Source of the DNA: Actinomycetota bacterium
GTDB lineage: Bacteria > Actinomycetota > Acidimicrobiia > IMCC26256 > VFJJ01
Assembly: GCA_009886115.1 (NCBI GenBank)
Contig: VFJJ01000063.1
Coordinates: 1 to 56,042 of the forward strand
DNA length: 56,042 nt
Direction of reading: 5' to 3'
Shown: positions 35,353 to 44,680 of the stretch, in pieces
Layout: every line of letters starts with the position of its first letter
Numbering within the stretch: position 1 is the first letter of the stretch
Made by a program: the position numbers and the translations under genes
Notes under the pieces: generated by a model
Databases searched by the model: none
What the model was told of the DNA's origin: nothing
The model's input: only the letters and a program-made list of their open reading frames with translations

Positions 35353-38082
35353 ATGCGCGCGAACGTGGCGTTTCGAGTGCTCGATCGCCAGCGTCGGACG
35401 ACGAGCAGGTCGACGAAGCGGCGGGGGCTCGCCTGCCTGGTCGTGATCGCGGCGGTGGTGGCGGCGGCGTTGCCGTCAACGCCGGCCGGATCGGCCGAAG
35501 TGCTCGACGGCTTCGTCGACGAGGTCGTGCAAGCGAACCTGCCCCAGCCCATGGGCATGGAGTTCGCTCCTGACGGGCGGCTGTTCGTGTACGGCAAGCA
35601 GTCGGGCGTGGGTCACGTCATCTCGATCGTGAAGAACGGCGTGTTCCTGGCCCCGCCGGCGCTGGCCGTTCCCGGGCCGCTCGAAGGCTCAGCCGGCATC
35701 CTCGGCCTGGCCTTCCACCCCAACTTCGCCACCAACGGTTGGATGTACATGAACCGCACCGTCACCGTCGGGGGCGTCAAGCTCAACCGGGTCAGCCGAC
35801 TCAGCGTCGTCGGCGACAGCATCAACGCGGCGAGCGAGGTGGTGCTCGTCGATCTGGAGCCCGTCCCGGCCGGCGAGATCCTGCACTACGGCGGCGACAT
35901 CGAGATCGGGAACGACGGGCGCCTGTACGTGTCGACGGGCGAGTTCACGATCGGGCCCGATGCCCGCCGCCTCACGAGCCGCAACGGCAAGATCCTCCGC
36001 TACGAGCTCGACGGCACCATCCCCGCCGACAACCCCTTCGTCGATCGCACCACCGGCAAGGAACGGGCCATCTACGCCATCGGTCTGCGCAACCCCTGGA
36101 AGATGGACCGCCACCCGGTGACCGGTGCGATCTACATCTCCGACGTCGGCTACGACACCTGGGAGGAGCTGAACCGCCTCGCCTACGGTGCCGACTACGG
36201 CTGGAACATCACCGAGGGCCCGACCACCGTGGCCGGGGTCACCAATCCCGACCTCGCCTACCCGCACGACGGGCCCGACCCCGAGACCTCGGGGTGCGCG
36301 ATCGTAGGAGGCGACTTCTACGCGGCGACAACGCCGAGCTTCCCGCCCGAGTACGTCGGCGACTACCTGTTCGCCGACTACTGCAACGGCTGGATCCGGG
36401 CTTGGGATCCGGCGACGGGCACCGTCACGACGCTGTCGCGGGGCCTGACCTTCGCCGTCGACGTCAAGGTCGACCCGGCGACGGGCGACGTGTACTACCT
36501 CGACCGCGAGCTCAACGGTGATTCGAGCTCGCCGAGTGGGGGCCTCGGGCGCATCCGTCACGTCGGCGGCACGCTCGGTCTGCGCGTCACCGTCCCGCCG
36601 ATACCCCTGACCGTGGCCATCGGTGAAGCGGCCACGTTCTCGGTGACGGCCAGTGCGCCTCCGCCGCTCAGCTACCAGTGGGAGCGCAACGGGACGCCCG
36701 TCCCCGGAGCGACGCTGCGTGAGCTGACCATCCCCGATCCGCAACCGGCAGATTCCGCAGCCACGTTCACCGTCGTCATCCGCGACGGCACCAGCGCGCA
36801 GCTCGAGACGACGCCCGTGGCGCTCACCGTGACGGCCAACCACGCGCCCACGCCCCAGATCTTCCGGCCCGTTGTGGGGCGGCAGTTCGTCGCCGGGCGG
36901 ACGATCCAGTTCCAGGGAGCCGCGTCCGACGCCGAGGACGGCGTGCTCCCCGATGCCCAGCTGACCTGGGAGGTCGAGCTGCGCCACGGGATCCACACCC
37001 ATGGCCTCGTCCCCGAGACGTCGGGTATCTCCAGCGGGTCGTTCGTGATACCGACCGGCGGCGAGACCGACCCCGACGTGTCGTATCTCGTTCGCCTCAC
37101 CGCGGTCGATGGCGACGGGGCCGTGCGCAGCGTCGTGCGCGAGGTGCTGCCGACCCACGTGGTCATGACGTTGCGGACCGAGCCCCCGGGGCTGCCCGTC
37201 CGGCTCGACGGGCTGCTGCAGGGCACCCCGTCCGACGTCACCGGTGTGGCCGGCGTGTTGCGCTCGCTCGAGGCGCCGGCGCAGGCGATCGTGGGCTCGC
37301 AGGTGTACGTGTTCAGCCATTGGTCCGACGGGGGAGCGCGGGTCCACACGATCTCGACGCCGGGCTCGTCGAAGGCCTACACCGCCCACTACATCCCCGC
37401 CCCGCTCGACACCACCATCACCAAACCCGCAGCCAACTCGACCGTCGCCGCACCGATGGTGATCGCCGGGTCGGCCACCGCCCCCTCCGGCGTCGCCGGC
37501 GTCGAGGTCGCGGTGCGTGATCTCGACTCGGGCCTGTGGTGGACGGGCTCGGGCTGGCGGACCACGCACGCGAAGTTCGCGGCCACCGTCGCCTCGCCGG
37601 GCAGCGCCCAGTCGAGCTGGACCGCATCGTTCGATCCGCCGGCCGTGAGTGGCCGCTACTACCTGGGAGCCGTGGCGCGGGGAGCCGACAACGTGCGAGA
37701 CGCGACGCCGGCGCAGGTGACCCCGGTGCGTATCGCTCCGCCGCTCGACACCACGATCACCAACCCCGTCAAGGGTCAGGTCGGTCCGTCTCCCATGATC
37801 CTGAGGGGCGCCGCGACGGCACCGGGCGGCGTGCGATCCGTCACCCTCGCTGTGCGCGAGCTCCCCAACGGGCGTTGGTGGAACGGATCGGCCTGGCAGT
37901 CGGCGTTCGTGCGCTTCCCGGCGACACTGGCGGTCGCCGGTGCCGTCGAGACCACGTGGAGCTCCTCCTTCGCCCCGCTCCCGTCGACAGGACGGTTCTT
38001 CATGTCGGCCCGCACGACCGACATGTACGGCGCCTACGACACGTCGGTGCCGATCGTCGACCCGTTCGACGTCACCGGCTGA
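35353..38082 (+). CDS. PQQ-dependent glucose/sorbosone-type dehydrogenase with Ig/PKD-like domains (start may be 35329)
   Basis: Signal peptide; HYGGDIEIG.DGRLYVSTGE, GKILR, PADNPF, IYAIGLRNPW, WEELN, DYGW, YLFADYC.GWIR; several C-terminal Ig-like modules. Confidence 0.88.
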   Translation: MRANVAFRVLDRQRRTTSRSTKRRGLACLVVIAAVVAAALPSTPAGSAEVLDGFVDEVVQANLPQPMGMEFAPDGRLFVYGKQSGVGHVISIVKNGVFLAPPALAVPGPLEGSAGILGLAFHPNFATNGWMYMNRTVTVGGVKLNRVSRLSVVGDSINAASEVVLVDLEPVPAGEILHYGGDIEIGNDGRLYVSTGEFTIGPDARRLTSRNGKILRYELDGTIPADNPFVDRTTGKERAIYAIGLRNPWKMDRHPVTGAIYISDVGYDTWEELNRLAYGADYGWNITEGPTTVAGVTNPDLAYPHDGPDPETSGCAIVGGDFYAATTPSFPPEYVGDYLFADYCNGWIRAWDPATGTVTTLSRGLTFAVDVKVDPATGDVYYLDRELNGDSSSPSGGLGRIRHVGGTLGLRVTVPPIPLTVAIGEAATFSVTASAPPPLSYQWERNGTPVPGATLRELTIPDPQPADSAATFTVVIRDGTSAQLETTPVALTVTANHAPTPQIFRPVVGRQFVAGRTIQFQGAASDAEDGVLPDAQLTWEVELRHGIHTHGLVPETSGISSGSFVIPTGGETDPDVSYLVRLTAVDGDGAVRSVVREVLPTHVVMTLRTEPPGLPVRLDGLLQGTPSDVTGVAGVLRSLEAPAQAIVGSQVYVFSHWSDGGARVHTISTPGSSKAYTAHYIPAPLDTTITKPAANSTVAAPMVIAGSATAPSGVAGVEVAVRDLDSGLWWTGSGWRTTHAKFAATVASPGSAQSSWTASFDPPAVSGRYYLGAVARGADNVRDATPAQVTPVRIAPPLDTTITNPVKGQVGPSPMILRGAATAPGGVRSVTLAVRELPNGRWWNGSAWQSAFVRFPATLAVAGAVETTWSSSFAPLPSTGRFFMSARTTDMYGAYDTSVPIVDPFDVTG

Positions 38083-38335
38083 GCAGACCTCGCACGGCCG
38101 GTACGTTCGCAAGCGGCCGTCGGCACAACGGCGACCTTCGGCGAGCCCGACGACCGCTTCGTGAGCGACGACGCACTCGAACGCGATGGTTGGCGTTTCA
38201 CGGCCCGGCACCGACACGTGACCAAGGCGCTCGCCGACCCCCTCGACCCTGAGCAGGGTTACCGGATCGTCAATCGGGAGAACCACTTCGTGTTCCGCGC
38301 CGCACCACGCCTACCTCGCCTTCCAGCAGAGTCCT

Positions 38336-39385
38336 TCACGCGCCGACTCTGTGCCAGCTCGCGCTGCGGCCGGTCCCGTCGTTGGCGATCAGGCCTTCGT
38401 TCCGCAGCTCGCTGAGAACGAGCCGGATGGTGTTGTCGCTGATGCCGGGCACGGTTCTCCGGATGTCGGCGATGGTGAACGGGGTCGGTGCGTGGAGCAG
38501 AACGAAGTCGCGTACCCGATCCTGCTTGGTACCGCCACCCGTGCCCGCAGCGACGCGGGTTCCGAAACGCGTGTAGGCGGCGTCGAGTCTCCCCAGCAGA
38601 TAGCTGGCCCACGGCCACGCGGCGTGTTGTCCGTCGTCGAACCAGCCCTTCGTCGATGCTTCGAGCGACCGGTAGTACTCGTCCTTGGTTTCGTAGATGA
38701 GTTGTTCCACACTCACGTACCTGCCGACCCCGTAGCCGGCCCGCTGGAGCAGGTGTGTGGTCACAAGCCGTGCGACGCGGCCGTTGCCATCGGCGAAGGG
38801 GTGGATGCACAGCAGGTCGAGCACGAACACGGCGATCACCAGGAGGGGATGGGTCTCGTTGTCGCGGAGCGCAGTGTTGGTGCGGGCGACGAGCTCGTCC
38901 ACGTAGAACGGTGTCTCCTGCCAACCGACCGGGGCAAAACGGGTGCTGGTGCTGCCGTCAGGGTGGCGATCGATGACCAAGTTGTCGTCGACCTTGAACT
39001 GGCCGCCGCGTCCGTCGGTGAAGGCGAACAGCAGTCGATGGAGGTGCAACACCAATCCGACGGCGAGGTCACCTGGGCCCTGTTGGTTGAGGTAGTCGAG
39101 CGCGGCGCTGTAGCCGGCGAACTCGGCTTCGCTGCGGTCGCGAATGCGCTGCGGATTCCCCGACACGAGGTTGGGCACCCGCACCTTGGCGACGTGTACA
39201 CCCTCGATCGCGCTCGAGGCGGTCACCGACTCGATGCGGGCCTGTTCCTGCAGGGCACCGAGCAGCTGCGGAAGCTGGTCGAGGTAACGGGCTTCGGCAC
39301 CGGCCGCCATGTCGATCCGGCGCAGCAGGGCGACGATGTCGCCTGGGACGGGATCGAGGGTGCTGGCTCGGGTAAAGCTCCTCAT
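38336..39385 (-). CDS. Fic-domain protein (class II) with C-terminal wHTH
   Basis: HPFADGNGRVAR signature; N-terminal SSAIEG inhibitory motif. Confidence 0.92.
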   Translation of the reverse strand: MRSFTRASTLDPVPGDIVALLRRIDMAAGAEARYLDQLPQLLGALQEQARIESVTASSAIEGVHVAKVRVPNLVSGNPQRIRDRSEAEFAGYSAALDYLNQQGPGDLAVGLVLHLHRLLFAFTDGRGGQFKVDDNLVIDRHPDGSTSTRFAPVGWQETPFYVDELVARTNTALRDNETHPLLVIAVFVLDLLCIHPFADGNGRVARLVTTHLLQRAGYGVGRYVSVEQLIYETKDEYYRSLEASTKGWFDDGQHAAWPWASYLLGRLDAAYTRFGTRVAAGTGGGTKQDRVRDFVLLHAPTPFTIADIRRTVPGISDNTIRLVLSELRNEGLIANDGTGRSASWHRVGA

Positions 39386-39573
39386 AGAACGTCACAAACC
39401 TATCAACATCGAGGACCTTTGGGTAGTTTGTTGGGTTCGTTGGGTAGTTCGGCGCGCAGGCTCGCGTCGGCCTCGGTCCCGTACGCAGACCATGCGGCCG
39501 GGTCGGCCGGTACGTGAGGGTGAGGGTGGGGGCGACGGTCGTCAGATGGTGCGCCGGTGCCTCGGGCCGTGCT

Positions 39574-39972
39574 TCAGGGTGTCACCTCACGGCGTTCGAT
39601 CATGCCGGCGAAGTGCTTGGGGGCATCGGGGTTGAGGCCCCAGCTCCAGATGACCTCGGGCGTGATCCTGATGAACTTCCTGCCGTGTTCGTCGGTCTCG
39701 GCCGAGGCTGCGCCGCGGACCTTGACGCCCCGTGGCGACCAGGGCTCGACGCTGGCGAGGTCGTCGATCACGAACGCAGCTCGTCCGGTCGCGGCGACGT
39801 TGCGCCACTTGATCGTCTTGGGGTTGTCGAGACCGTCGATCTCGATCCGACCGGTGGCGGTGATCGTGAAGGTGACCGGGGAGACGTCGGGCTCGCCGGA
39901 GGCCGACGCGGTCGCGATGCGCCCGAGCCGTTGCGTGGCAAGGTAGGCCTGCTCGTGGTCGGTGAAGGTCAT
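39574..39972 (-). CDS. PPOX-class F420-dependent oxidoreductase
   Basis: FT..EQAYLATQRLGRIAT...GEPDVSPV, KWRNV, AFVIDDLASVEPWSPRGVKVRG.A, IWSWG; GAGGAG RBS. Confidence 0.88.
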   Translation of the reverse strand: MTFTDHEQAYLATQRLGRIATASASGEPDVSPVTFTITATGRIEIDGLDNPKTIKWRNVAATGRAAFVIDDLASVEPWSPRGVKVRGAASAETDEHGRKFIRITPEVIWSWGLNPDAPKHFAGMIERREVTP

Positions 39973-40058
39973 CGTGCGCTCCTCGGATCGTTGCGATGTT
40001 GGTGTGTCGCCGGGTCGGCGTCGTCGTGGTGTCGTCGGCCGAGTGGCCACCCGACGGC

Positions 40059-40748
40059 TCAGTCGTCGATGAACCCGACCGCCTTGTGGCTCCCGTCGCA
40101 CAGCGGCTTGTTGGCCGATGCGCCGCAGCGACAGAGCGTGACCCGGTTGCGGGTCTCGATCGATCGTCCGTCGGTGTCGGCGATCGGGATGCTGCCGGTC
40201 ACCCACAGGGGTCCGTCGTCGGTGACCGCAATCGCTTGGGGCAACAGGGCTTCGATGTCGTCACCGTCGAAGCGGTAGGTGAGCGCACCCGACGGGCACC
40301 GTTCGATCATGGCGATCACCTGGGCCCTGACCGTCGAATCGGCCGTCTCGGGTACCTGCTTCCAGACGTTGGTCACGCGGGAGCCGCAAAAGCCTGCGTG
40401 CACGCAGATGGTGCGGTCGTCGCGAACGGTGATGCCCGTGCCGCCCAGCTCGTTCGAGCGCTCGTCGTAGGTACCCGTCGCGGTGTCGTCGGTGGTGAAG
40501 CCGGCCTTGGCGTGGGAGCGGTCGCAGAAGGGTTTGCGTTCGGACTGGCCGCAGCGGCACAGGACGTACCGGCCGCGGGTCTCGATCCGTTCGGTCGTCT
40601 CCCACGTCAGTGGCTCGCCGTGCTCGCTCGTGACTGCTCGGCGCCGGTACAGAGCAACGTCGCCGTTGACGGCCAGCGGACCGTTCGGCACCGTGGTGAT
40701 GGACGGGGAGGGGGTCTCGGTCGCAGGCGCGGTGTCGGCTTCGCTCAT
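40059..40748 (-). CDS. CDGSH [2Fe-2S] x2 + central divergent 4Fe-4S domain protein
   Basis: LCRCGQS..KPFCDRSH; CVHAGFC..CPSGAL; LCRCGAS.NKPLCDGSH. Confidence 0.92.
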   Translation of the reverse strand: MSEADTAPATETPSPSITTVPNGPLAVNGDVALYRRRAVTSEHGEPLTWETTERIETRGRYVLCRCGQSERKPFCDRSHAKAGFTTDDTATGTYDERSNELGGTGITVRDDRTICVHAGFCGSRVTNVWKQVPETADSTVRAQVIAMIERCPSGALTYRFDGDDIEALLPQAIAVTDDGPLWVTGSIPIADTDGRSIETRNRVTLCRCGASANKPLCDGSHKAVGFIDD

Positions 40749-40754
40749 GGTGAC

Positions 40755-40784
40755 CACTATACCTGAACAATCAGGTATAGTGAA
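40755..40784 (-). promoter_or_regulatory. Leaderless promoter (TTCACT-N17-TATAGT) overlapped by a perfect 12-bp inverted repeat
   Basis: CACTATACCTGA-ACAA-TCAGGTATAGTG; the -10 box lies 7 nt before the ATG. Confidence 0.7.
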
Positions 40785-40995
40785 GGGAGTGTTCGGCTCG
40801 ATGCACCGAGTCCGCCGGAGCGCCGAGACGATGCCCTCCGCCGCCCGTCCCCGCCAACTGTTGGGTGTACGCATGACCCGCACCGGCACCGCGGTGGCAT
40901 GAAGCTCAACCGTCTTGACCGTCTCAGCCGTCTCAGCCGTCTCGGCCGTGTCACGGTCGTCGGCGACACCATCAACCCGGCGACCGAGGCCGGGA

Positions 40996-41131
40996 TCAGC
41001 GTTCGAGGATTCGCAGGACGTCGTCGGCTGCGTAGACCCGCCCGTAGGTGCCACCCGTGGTCTCCCGCAGGAGGCCGAGCCGTTCGAGGCGGGCGACGGG
41101 CGCTGTTGGCTGTGGGGTAGCTCACGGCGTG
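40996..41131 (-). pseudogene. Remnant of a Fic-family C-terminal HTH
   Basis: HAVSYPTANSA, a +1 frameshift, then VARLERLGLLRETTGGTYGRVYAADDVLRILER*; an in-frame TAG lies immediately upstream. Confidence 0.6.
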
Positions 41132-41173
41132 CTAGGTGAAGCCGACGGTTGCGTCGAGGTTCGTTGATCTGGT

Positions 41174-41770
41174 TCACCGCGCCGGGTCGCTCGGGTCGGC
41201 CCCGCCGAGGGCCCGCCACACCAGCGTCGCGGTTCGGGCTGCCCAGCGCGAGGGGGCGGGCCCGCCGGCGAGAGCACGGGCGTACCAGTTCCCCGTCAAC
41301 ATCGCGACCGCCACCTCGAGATCGGCGTCGTGGTCGAGCAGGTCCGCGGAGCGAGCCCGCTCGAGGATCTCGCGCAGGCGGGTTCGGCGGGGAGCCACGA
41401 TCCGCTTGCGGTACAAGGCGACGAGGTCGGCGTCGGTACCGGCGTTCAGCATGGTGCCGACCATCGAGAGGCCGTCGGGACGGCTGATACCCTGCCGGAA
41501 CGCGTCGAGCTCGCGGACGAGATCGGCGTACGGGTCGTCGGTGTGCGGGCGCTCCTCGGCCCGGCTGAGCGCGGCGATGGCCGCCGTGGCCAGATCGGCC
41601 TTGGTCGGCCACCGGCGGTAGACGGCCTGGCGTGTCGTCCCGGCCTCCTGGGCGATGGCCACGACCGACATGGCCTCGTACCCGTGCTGGGCCAGATGCC
41701 GACGAGTGACCTCGAGCACCCGCTGATCGATCTCGGGATCCCTCGGCCGGCCCCGGCCCGCTTCGATCAT
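41174..41770 (-). CDS. TetR/AcrR family regulator
   Basis: GRGRPRDP, GYEAMSV.AIA.EAGTTRQAVYRRWPTKADL. Confidence 0.92.
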   Translation of the reverse strand: MIEAGRGRPRDPEIDQRVLEVTRRHLAQHGYEAMSVVAIAQEAGTTRQAVYRRWPTKADLATAAIAALSRAEERPHTDDPYADLVRELDAFRQGISRPDGLSMVGTMLNAGTDADLVALYRKRIVAPRRTRLREILERARSADLLDHDADLEVAVAMLTGNWYARALAGGPAPSRWAARTATLVWRALGGADPSDPAR

Positions 41771-41804
41771 CGGCTCATGCGTTCGTCCGCGCCATCGCAA
41801 TACG

Positions 41805-41818
41805 TTACTGGTCTGTAA
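41805..41818. promoter_or_regulatory. Possible TetR autoregulatory operator
   Basis: TTAC-TGGTCT-GTAA palindrome overlapping a TAACGT -10-like box on the minus strand. Confidence 0.35.
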
Positions 41819-41878
41819 TGGAGATGACCGGGGAGCGGTTGCAGCGGTGCGCCGCGCTCCCAGGTCTCGATGCAGCCT

Positions 41879-42331
41879 TCAGCCCGTCGCCGCGGCTTCG
41901 GCCGCAGCCGCGGCTTCGGCGACCCAGGGCCCGCTGCCGCCGATGCGTTCCGGGGTGATCCGCAGCACCCAGCCGGCGGGGGCCCCGGGAGGCGGGAACG
42001 CCGCGTCGGGTCCGAGGAAGCGCGGGGCGAGCAGCGTCAACAACTCCGGGGCCCCTCCCGCGGCGACGCGTGCGCGCCCGTGGATCACGAGATACTCACG
42101 CAGCCCGGCCGCGTCCCTGGATTCACCCTCCACCGACACGACCACCCGTGGATCGCGTTCGACGTTGCGCAGCTTCTGGTGCAAGCGCAGGTGGCCAGCG
42201 ACGATCTCGCCGCCCTCGACACCAGGCCATATCAGCGAGAGCTGCGGGCTGCCGTCGAGGTTGAGCGTGACCAGATGGGCGTTCGCACCGGATTCGAGGA
42301 GCGCGACGGCAGAAGCGGGGAGGATCACCAT
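41879..42331 (-). CDS. PPOX-class F420-dependent oxidoreductase, probably leaderless
   Basis: AHLVTLN.DGSPQLS.IW, QKLRNVERDPRVVVS, YLVI.GRARV, RITPERIGG.GPW; TAACTT lies 6 nt before the ATG. Confidence 0.9.
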   Translation of the reverse strand: MVILPASAVALLESGANAHLVTLNLDGSPQLSLIWPGVEGGEIVAGHLRLHQKLRNVERDPRVVVSVEGESRDAAGLREYLVIHGRARVAAGGAPELLTLLAPRFLGPDAAFPPPGAPAGWVLRITPERIGGSGPWVAEAAAAAEAAATG

Positions 42332-42522
42332 GGCCCGAAGTTACCCGTCAACCGACGGTGGCTGGCCCGAGCGCCGACACCCGGCTGTCGAGAGGTCCCG
42401 GCGCCGGCTCAGGCCCCACTGCCCTCGCAGCGTGGTCGACCTCGATGATTGAGAAATACAATGCAGGACTGTATTGTTACGAACTCCAGATCATCGCACG
42501 TCTCGCATCAGAAGGAGCGCAC

Positions 42523-42669
42523 ATGGCCGCGTCGATCGACATCCTCCATCCGACCCGTCCGAAGATGTTCAAGCCCTTCGCGCTGCGTGATGGCAACCTG
42601 ATCACCGGGCAACAGCAGTACTCGGGAGCCGCCGCAGCTCGGCTCGTCATCGAAGCGTTGGGCGTCTGA
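42523..42669 (+). pseudogene. DJ-1/PfpI (type 1 GATase-like) gene with large in-frame internal deletion
   Basis: AAGGAG RBS; MAASIDILHPTRPK is joined directly to the C-terminal FALRDGNLITGQQQYSGAAAARLVIEALGV. Confidence 0.7.
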
Positions 42670-42681
42670 GAGGAGCTGGTC

Positions 42682-43290
42682 ATGAAGCTCGCGATCATCG
42701 GAGCGGGGCGGGTCGGCACGACGCTGGGCGGGCGCTGGTCGGGGCTCGGCCACGAGGTCGTGTACGGCGTGCGCGACCCCGACGACGCCCGCCATGCGGC
42801 TCTGGGCACGCGCGCCCTCCCGGCCGACGCCGTTCGTGGTGTCGACGTCGTGCTGGTCGCCCTGCCGTGGGAGAGCGCCGAGACGGTGCTGCGTTCGATC
42901 GACGTCGGTGGAGCCGTCGTGATCGACGCGACCAACCCCCTCGCTGCGAACGCCCGGGAGCTCACCGGCCACCCTGAGCTGTCGGGTGCCGAGCTCGTCG
43001 CCCGGTGGACGGGCAGCGCCCGGGTCGTGAAGGCCTTCAACACCACGGGATCAGCGAACATGGCCGACCCCGGCTATCCGGGTGGTGCGCCCGTCATGCC
43101 CGTCGCCGGCGACGATCCCGATGCCAAGGCGACGGTGATGGCGCTCGCGCTCGAGATCGGCTTCGACGCCATCGACGCCGGCGGGCTGAGCGCGGCATCC
43201 GATCTCGAGCATCTCGCCATGATCTGGATCCGCCTCGCCTACTCGCTCGGCCACGGCCCCGGCATCGCGCTCGCGCTGCTCCGCCGATGA
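42682..43290 (+). CDS. NADP oxidoreductase, F420-dependent family (dinucleotide-binding)
   Basis: IIGAGRVG, VIDATNP, SGAE, VVKAFNT, AGDD..AK, DAG.L. Confidence 0.9.
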   Translation: MKLAIIGAGRVGTTLGGRWSGLGHEVVYGVRDPDDARHAALGTRALPADAVRGVDVVLVALPWESAETVLRSIDVGGAVVIDATNPLAANARELTGHPELSGAELVARWTGSARVVKAFNTTGSANMADPGYPGGAPVMPVAGDDPDAKATVMALALEIGFDAIDAGGLSAASDLEHLAMIWIRLAYSLGHGPGIALALLRR

Positions 43291-43348
43291 CCGCATCGAA
43301 CGCGCCTGTCGACGACCCGGGCGCCGGGGTTGAAGGGCTGATGGGCCG

Positions 43349-44470
43349 ATGACGCCCGACGCTGCCGTGGAGATGACCAAGCGGACGTCGTACCTCGAGC
43401 TGTTCTTTGATCTGGTGTTCGTGTTCGCCATCACCCAGGTGGCCAACGCCCTGCAAGCGAACCATTCGGGCGCGGGGTGGGCTCATGCCGGTCTCGGGCT
43501 GTGGCTCGTCTGGTGGGCGTGGTCGCAGTTCACCTGGGCCGGCAACGCCATCGACCTCCAGCGCACCCCGGTCCGTCTCGCGATGCTGGCCGTGACCGGG
43601 TTGACCCTCGTCGCCGCACTGGCGATCCCCCATGCGTTCGACGATCGCGGTGCCTGGTTCGCCCTTCCGTACGCAGCCGTGCGGCTCGGCGGACTCGCCC
43701 TCTACTGGGCCGGTCTCCGCCACGACCCCGACTACCTCGCGGCGCTGCGCACGTACGTCCCCTTGGCGTCGATCAGCCCGCTCGTGGTCGTGGTCGGCGG
43801 GTTCACGTCCGACGGGGTGCGTCCGTGGGTCTGGACGCTCGCGGTGGTGGTCGATCTCGCCAGCGCGCTCGCAGCCGGGCGCGGGGAGTTCCGGATCGCG
43901 CCCGCGCACTTCGCAGAGCGTCACGCGCTCTTCGTGATCATCGCGATCGGCGAGTCGGTCGTCGCCGTCGGGGCGACGACGGCTGAGCTCGAACCGACGG
44001 CCCGGGTCGTGACCACTGCGGTGATCGCCTTCTCCATCGTCGCCACGCTGTGGTGGACCTACTTCGACTGGGTCCAAGCGGCGGCCGAGGCCCGTCTCGC
44101 GTCCGAGCCCGACCATGGGATCCGGTCGAGCCTGGCGCGCGACCTGTTCTCGTTCGCCCACCTGCCGATCGTTACGGGGGTGGTGGTGTTCTCGGTCGGT
44201 GCCGAGGAGGCGATCCTGCACCCCGATCAGCCCCTCGCGTCGTTCGGGCGCCTGGCCATGGTCGTCGGGCTCGTCGTGTTCCTCGTGGGATTCGTGGCCG
44301 GCAACGCCCGGGCGACCCACACGCTCCTCGTCGAGCGATCGGTCGCTGCGGGCGCCGTCATCGCGATCGGCGGCCTCCTCGCCCCGAACGTGAGTGCGCT
44401 GTCGGTGGTGGCGACAATCGCCGCGGTGATGATCGCCACGACGGTCATCGAGACGGTCCGCCGACGCTGA
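43349..44470 (+). CDS. ltrA: Low temperature requirement protein A family membrane protein
   Basis: SYLELFFDLVFVFAITQ, VWWAW, HFAERH.LFVIIAIGES, LWWTYFD, HLPIV.G. Confidence 0.9.
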   Translation: MTPDAAVEMTKRTSYLELFFDLVFVFAITQVANALQANHSGAGWAHAGLGLWLVWWAWSQFTWAGNAIDLQRTPVRLAMLAVTGLTLVAALAIPHAFDDRGAWFALPYAAVRLGGLALYWAGLRHDPDYLAALRTYVPLASISPLVVVVGGFTSDGVRPWVWTLAVVVDLASALAAGRGEFRIAPAHFAERHALFVIIAIGESVVAVGATTAELEPTARVVTTAVIAFSIVATLWWTYFDWVQAAAEARLASEPDHGIRSSLARDLFSFAHLPIVTGVVVFSVGAEEAILHPDQPLASFGRLAMVVGLVVFLVGFVAGNARATHTLLVERSVAAGAVIAIGGLLAPNVSALSVVATIAAVMIATTVIETVRRR

Positions 44471-44680
44471 TCGAGACGGCGGCCTGCGACCCGGAGCCGC
44501 CCGTCGTCCGGGTCGACGACGCCGGCCACGTCGTGCTCCCGTTCAGCGATGCGCCCGACCGGCCCTGATCCCGAAGCCGATGAGCGCCGACCCTCCGACC
44601 GCCGAATACCTCAACCGCCCGGCGCACGTTCGGTATTCTCGACGTCGGGCGCCGATCGCAGCCCCGTCAGGAGAGTGTGC

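Noticed and set aside
38080..38082. Selenocysteine or readthrough at the TGA
   Set aside because: The protein ends at a complete Ig module, and there is no recognisable SECIS or Cys-equivalent context.
32251..38286. Long minus-strand ORFs (1009 aa and 865 aa) and similar antisense ORFs elsewhere
   Set aside because: They are antisense shadows of well-supported plus-strand genes and carry no family motifs.
40755..40782. dif/Xer site (28 bp)
   Set aside because: It is a perfect palindrome with a 4-bp centre and no XerD TTATGTTAAA arm; an operator fits better.
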